Source: Arcanobacterium buesumense
GTDB taxonomy: Bacteria; Actinomycetota; Actinomycetes; Actinomycetales; Actinomycetaceae
Reading direction: 5' to 3'
Assembly (NCBI RefSeq): GCF_012563545.1
Contig: NZ_CP050804.1
Span: 1,843,285 to 1,907,284, forward strand
DNA length: 64,000 bases
The first letter of the stretch is position 1, and each line of letters opens with the position of its first letter. Under the pieces are notes generated by a model, which was not told where the DNA came from, ran no database searches, and saw nothing but the letters and a program-made list of their open reading frames with translations. Shown one piece after another: positions 60,873-64,000 of this stretch. Both the position numbers and the translations under genes were made by a program.

Positions 60873-61700
60873 TTAATAATCTATATGGATAACAGTTGAA
60901 CCGTCGGCAACTGAGATTTCCTGAGAAACCGGATAGCTTCCGCCATCATGTGCCCCCACAGTTTGACTAGGCAATAAATAACTATCACCCATCACAATAT
61001 AGTTCGCGGTGGCTTCAACAAAGGCCCCAGTTTCATCCATCGTTCGGCCCTGACCTGTTACTTCAAGATCAAGATGACCAAAAAGTGGAAGCCCTAATGT
61101 GCGTGCCCGTACCGACGGCTCATCAGCTAATCGGATATTAATCCACAGCGGCAATGGGGCCGTGCCTTCAGTGAGGAAATGAGCAAGACTCGTCACCATT
61201 TCCGGCGGATGGATAACTCCTAGCTCGTGGCGATACACACCAATAGCTGCTTCTTCACGCATCAACGCATCTGCTACCTGGGTATACGCAATATGGGCTG
61301 AAACCATCCGCCGCCGGCGCATAAGCTCTGCCGCATTTTCGCCATGCAACTGTTGTTCTCCAGCGATTTTCCCTTCAGTGAATCCCGCCTGTGGAGCGTA
61401 GAACGTCATGGCAATATACGTATGGTGTGGTGGCAACTGGCCCTTATCCAACACAAGTTCCCCGGTAACTGGAGTGAGCATGATATGTATGCCGTGCATA
61501 TCAAAAGTGAGGATTTCTCCACTTAGCCCGCCAGCTTTTTCAGCTTCCACGTTCACCCATTTCGGGTCAATGTTTTCTCCCCACAGTTGGCTAATGCGTT
61601 GCATAGCAGCGCCGACGTCGATCGGAGCGTTTAACAGCGCAGCTGCCGTGAGATAATCGGGGGCGGTAGGGTGGATTGCGTTGATTCCTAGTTGATCCAT
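60873..61700 (-). CDS. Conserved hypothetical protein
   Basis: Long ORF, no recognised motifs. Confidence 0.45.
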   Translation of the reverse strand: MDQLGINAIHPTAPDYLTAAALLNAPIDVGAAMQRISQLWGENIDPKWVNVEAEKAGGLSGEILTFDMHGIHIMLTPVTGELVLDKGQLPPHHTYIAMTFYAPQAGFTEGKIAGEQQLHGENAAELMRRRRMVSAHIAYTQVADALMREEAAIGVYRHELGVIHPPEMVTSLAHFLTEGTAPLPLWINIRLADEPSVRARTLGLPLFGHLDLEVTGQGRTMDETGAFVEATANYIVMGDSYLLPSQTVGAHDGGSYPVSQEISVADGSTVIHIDY

Positions 61701-61721
61701 GTCATTAAGTCTACGGGAGCT

Positions 61722-62306
61722 TTAGGATGATGGCTCTTTGAAGGCGGTTGGGAGTTTACGCACCGCAATGATTTGCGGGACAGCTTCGGGTATGGAGCGG
61801 CGCACCTGGTCCCATTTTTGCTGGTTGAGGGTAGTCAAGGCGCCTTCAGGTATGAAGGATTCGACGTCGTAGCGGGTCACCTCAATACGTGCCAAATTGC
61901 TTTGATATGCCACGTATTTAGCGTCTTTGATTGTTGCCATCACAACAGATGCCGAATAGAGAATATCGCGTTGGATACTATCTTCGTTTAGGTTGATTTC
62001 ATGTAGGTTGATCACAACACCCTGATCGATGATACCAATTTGGGTAATTTTTTCGTTTAACGGCAAAGTTTTCATCAGGGAGAAAGTATTACCTTGATCG
62101 CCAACATAGTCTGAGGCATAGATCAGGGAATCGCTAATATTGTGGGTGCGATAGGTTAACAGGGATTCACCGTCATAGCTGATGCGGAGTTGGTTTGAGA
62201 CCACAAGCCGATAAACTCCCCAAAATCCGGCTGAGACGATGATGATAACAATAAGTGCGCTAATGATTGTGCGCCAATGCGAGATACCTACCCTCATAGT
62301 TGTCAA
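61722..62306 (-). CDS. Hypothetical membrane-anchored protein (single N-terminal TM)
   Basis: N-terminal hydrophobic segment ALIVIIIVSAGFWGVYRLVV followed by a soluble domain. Confidence 0.45.
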   Translation of the reverse strand: MTTMRVGISHWRTIISALIVIIIVSAGFWGVYRLVVSNQLRISYDGESLLTYRTHNISDSLIYASDYVGDQGNTFSLMKTLPLNEKITQIGIIDQGVVINLHEINLNEDSIQRDILYSASVVMATIKDAKYVAYQSNLARIEVTRYDVESFIPEGALTTLNQQKWDQVRRSIPEAVPQIIAVRKLPTAFKEPSS

Positions 62307-62441
62307 AATATCATTTTTTAGCTCAGTGCGTTAACTGTAGCGTGCGCGGGCAGTGGTGCTGGATGCCGGCGTCTACTAGGCTAGTGGTAGTTCGTCATAA
62401 TCGGGTGGCGTTGTCTCATGTTGTCTCAGATAGGCTAGGTT

Positions 62442-63212
62442 ATGAACCACCGTAAAGTTATTATTTCTCTCATTGCGTTACTAACAGCTGCCGCATTAGT
62501 TATCGGTTTGATTGTTTCTGGGTTTTTCCTTGGTGGTGGGAAAACACCGGCGGCACACAACACTTCGGCATCGCAATCTGCGCAAGATTCACCATCAGCA
62601 CAACCGTCTAACGAAGAAAATGGTGCTGCGGAGCAAAAACTATCTCCGGAGGTTATACAAGTTATTGACAATCAACATCGGTTGATTGCTGATGATCCGC
62701 GAGCGCTGGGAAACCTCGATGCCCCGGTTATTATTGAAATGTATTCTGATTACCGTTGTGGTCATTGCCGGGATTGGACTCTTCATACTTTGCCGGAGTT
62801 ACAGTCGTTACTCGATGAGGGCAAGATCCGTATTGAATACAATTCCATGCCGGTTCTTGGGGATGATTCAGTCCTCATTGCGCAGGCTTCACATGCGGCC
62901 GCATCGCAACATAAGTTTTGGGAGTTCCATAAGGAGTTATTCGCTAACCCACCCCAGCCAACTAAGGAAGCTTTGACTGCACTAGCTGGTTCGTTGGGGA
63001 TGGATGAGGATGCGTTTGCTGCTGAGATGGTTGCCGAGCAGACGGTGAAGGATGTGACTGGCGAACGTGAGCATGGAGTTGCGCTTGGTATTACTGGGAC
63101 GCCGTCGTTCCTTATCGGTTATTCGTTTGTTCCGGGGGCGTTGCCGGCCGATAAGTTTATTGACGTTATCAATAAAGAATTAGTTCGCCCTGATCCGCAT
63201 ACTGAAAATTAA
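62442..63212 (+). CDS. DsbA-family thiol:disulfide oxidoreductase (membrane-anchored thioredoxin fold)
   Basis: N-terminal TM. CxxC active site CGHCRDW in a thioredoxin-like context. Confidence 0.75.
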   Translation: MNHRKVIISLIALLTAAALVIGLIVSGFFLGGGKTPAAHNTSASQSAQDSPSAQPSNEENGAAEQKLSPEVIQVIDNQHRLIADDPRALGNLDAPVIIEMYSDYRCGHCRDWTLHTLPELQSLLDEGKIRIEYNSMPVLGDDSVLIAQASHAAASQHKFWEFHKELFANPPQPTKEALTALAGSLGMDEDAFAAEMVAEQTVKDVTGEREHGVALGITGTPSFLIGYSFVPGALPADKFIDVINKELVRPDPHTEN

Positions 63213-63220
63213 GGATTGTC

Positions 63221-63790
63221 ATGTCTGTTAAGCGTTTTATTTCACGTACCTTTCAACGGTTTTCGCGTTGGACGTTAGTAACTGAGCCGTTGCCCGAAAA
63301 GGCGGTTGTTATTGGTGCACCGCATACATCTAATTGGGATGCGATGTATATGTTGGTGGCTTTTTGGGACACTGGCCGGGACTTGCGCTTTTTAGTGAAG
63401 GATTCGATTATTCACGGCCCGTTGGGTCCTCTTGCACGGGCCGTTGGCGGTGTTGGTGTTGATCGGGGTGCTGCCCATGGCCTGGTTCATAGTATTGCTC
63501 AGCAATCGCGGGAAACTGACGATTTTACGTTGTGTATTGCACCTAAGGGGACGCGTTCACATCGGGATACGTGGCGTTCTGGGTTTTACCATATTGCGTT
63601 AGAGGCTGGCATTCCGGTGGTTTTTGGTTTTATTGATTCGACGACGAAGACCTACGGGTGGTGCGGTTCGATCATGCTCACGGGTGACGTGGCTGCCGAT
63701 ATGGCGAAGATTCGTGAATTTTATGCGGATAAGAAGGGAATTCGTCCGCAGTTGACATCGGTGCCCCGGTTGCGGGCAGAAAATGAGTGA
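63221..63790 (+). CDS. PlsC-family lysophospholipid acyltransferase
   Basis: HX4D acyltransferase motif (HTSNWD) and downstream CIAPKGTRS block. Confidence 0.7.
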   Translation: MSVKRFISRTFQRFSRWTLVTEPLPEKAVVIGAPHTSNWDAMYMLVAFWDTGRDLRFLVKDSIIHGPLGPLARAVGGVGVDRGAAHGLVHSIAQQSRETDDFTLCIAPKGTRSHRDTWRSGFYHIALEAGIPVVFGFIDSTTKTYGWCGSIMLTGDVAADMAKIREFYADKKGIRPQLTSVPRLRAENE

Positions 63791-63804
63791 GGAAAGTGAT
63801 TGAC

Positions 63805-64000
63805 GTGCAAAAGATGCTACATTCGGGTTTTGGTATTCCACTGCTAGGGTTTGGCACATATAAGGTTGATCCTGCTGAGACTGCTCATGTTGTTCAACAG
63901 GCTTTTGCGGTGGGATATCGCCATATTGATACGGCGCAGATGTATGGTAATGAGGATGGGGTTGGCCAGGCGCTGGTGGAGTCTGGGTTGCCTCGTCAGC
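63805..64000 (+). CDS. Aldo/keto reductase (2,5-diketo-D-gluconate-reductase-like), 5' partial, runs off the window
   Basis: N-terminal AKR signature GFGTYKV...GYRHIDTAQMYGNE. GAGGAAAG RBS upstream. Confidence 0.65.
   Translation, partial: MQKMLHSGFGIPLLGFGTYKVDPAETAHVVQQAFAVGYRHIDTAQMYGNEDGVGQALVESGLPRQ

Overview
This window looks like chromosomal DNA from a high-GC Gram-positive, host-associated actinobacterium. Supporting signs are LAxTG-type sortase signals, a MurT/GatD pair, tadA next to tRNA-Ser, and GNB/LNB-pathway lnpA-nahK next to a cell-wall-anchored sialidase. Housekeeping genes present include def, upp, serS, tadA, tgt, hrpB, murT/gatD, three tRNA-Ser and one tRNA-Arg. Among them sit several lower-GC accessory patches. 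The main one (about 27.6-38.9 kb) holds a complete type II-C CRISPR-Cas locus, read entirely from the sequence. It has a strong tracrRNA candidate with its own promoter and terminator just 5' of cas9. A compact cas9 (about 1094 aa from the MSDV start) is followed by cas1 and cas2. The array has 13 copies of a 36-nt repeat (12 perfect, 1 degenerate) and 12 spacers of 28 nt. Each repeat carries an extended -10-like TGATAGACT element on the minus strand, suggesting Neisseria-style repeat-internal promoters with crRNA read antisense to the cas operon. Immediately upstream is an AT-rich islet encoding a large secreted transglutaminase-like protein, an NfeD-like protein and a flotillin-like protein. 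All three are broken by frameshifts. Other points: a dispersed palindromic repeat family with compensatory stem changes (4 copies), 66-bp direct repeats bracketing a DUF559 gene, a hipBA module, an orphan NYN-domain gene, a Schlafen-like AlbA_2/HATPase_c_4 gene bracketed by repeat copies next to tRNA-Arg, and a paralogous pair of large polytopic membrane proteins around a lipid/glycosyltransferase cluster.
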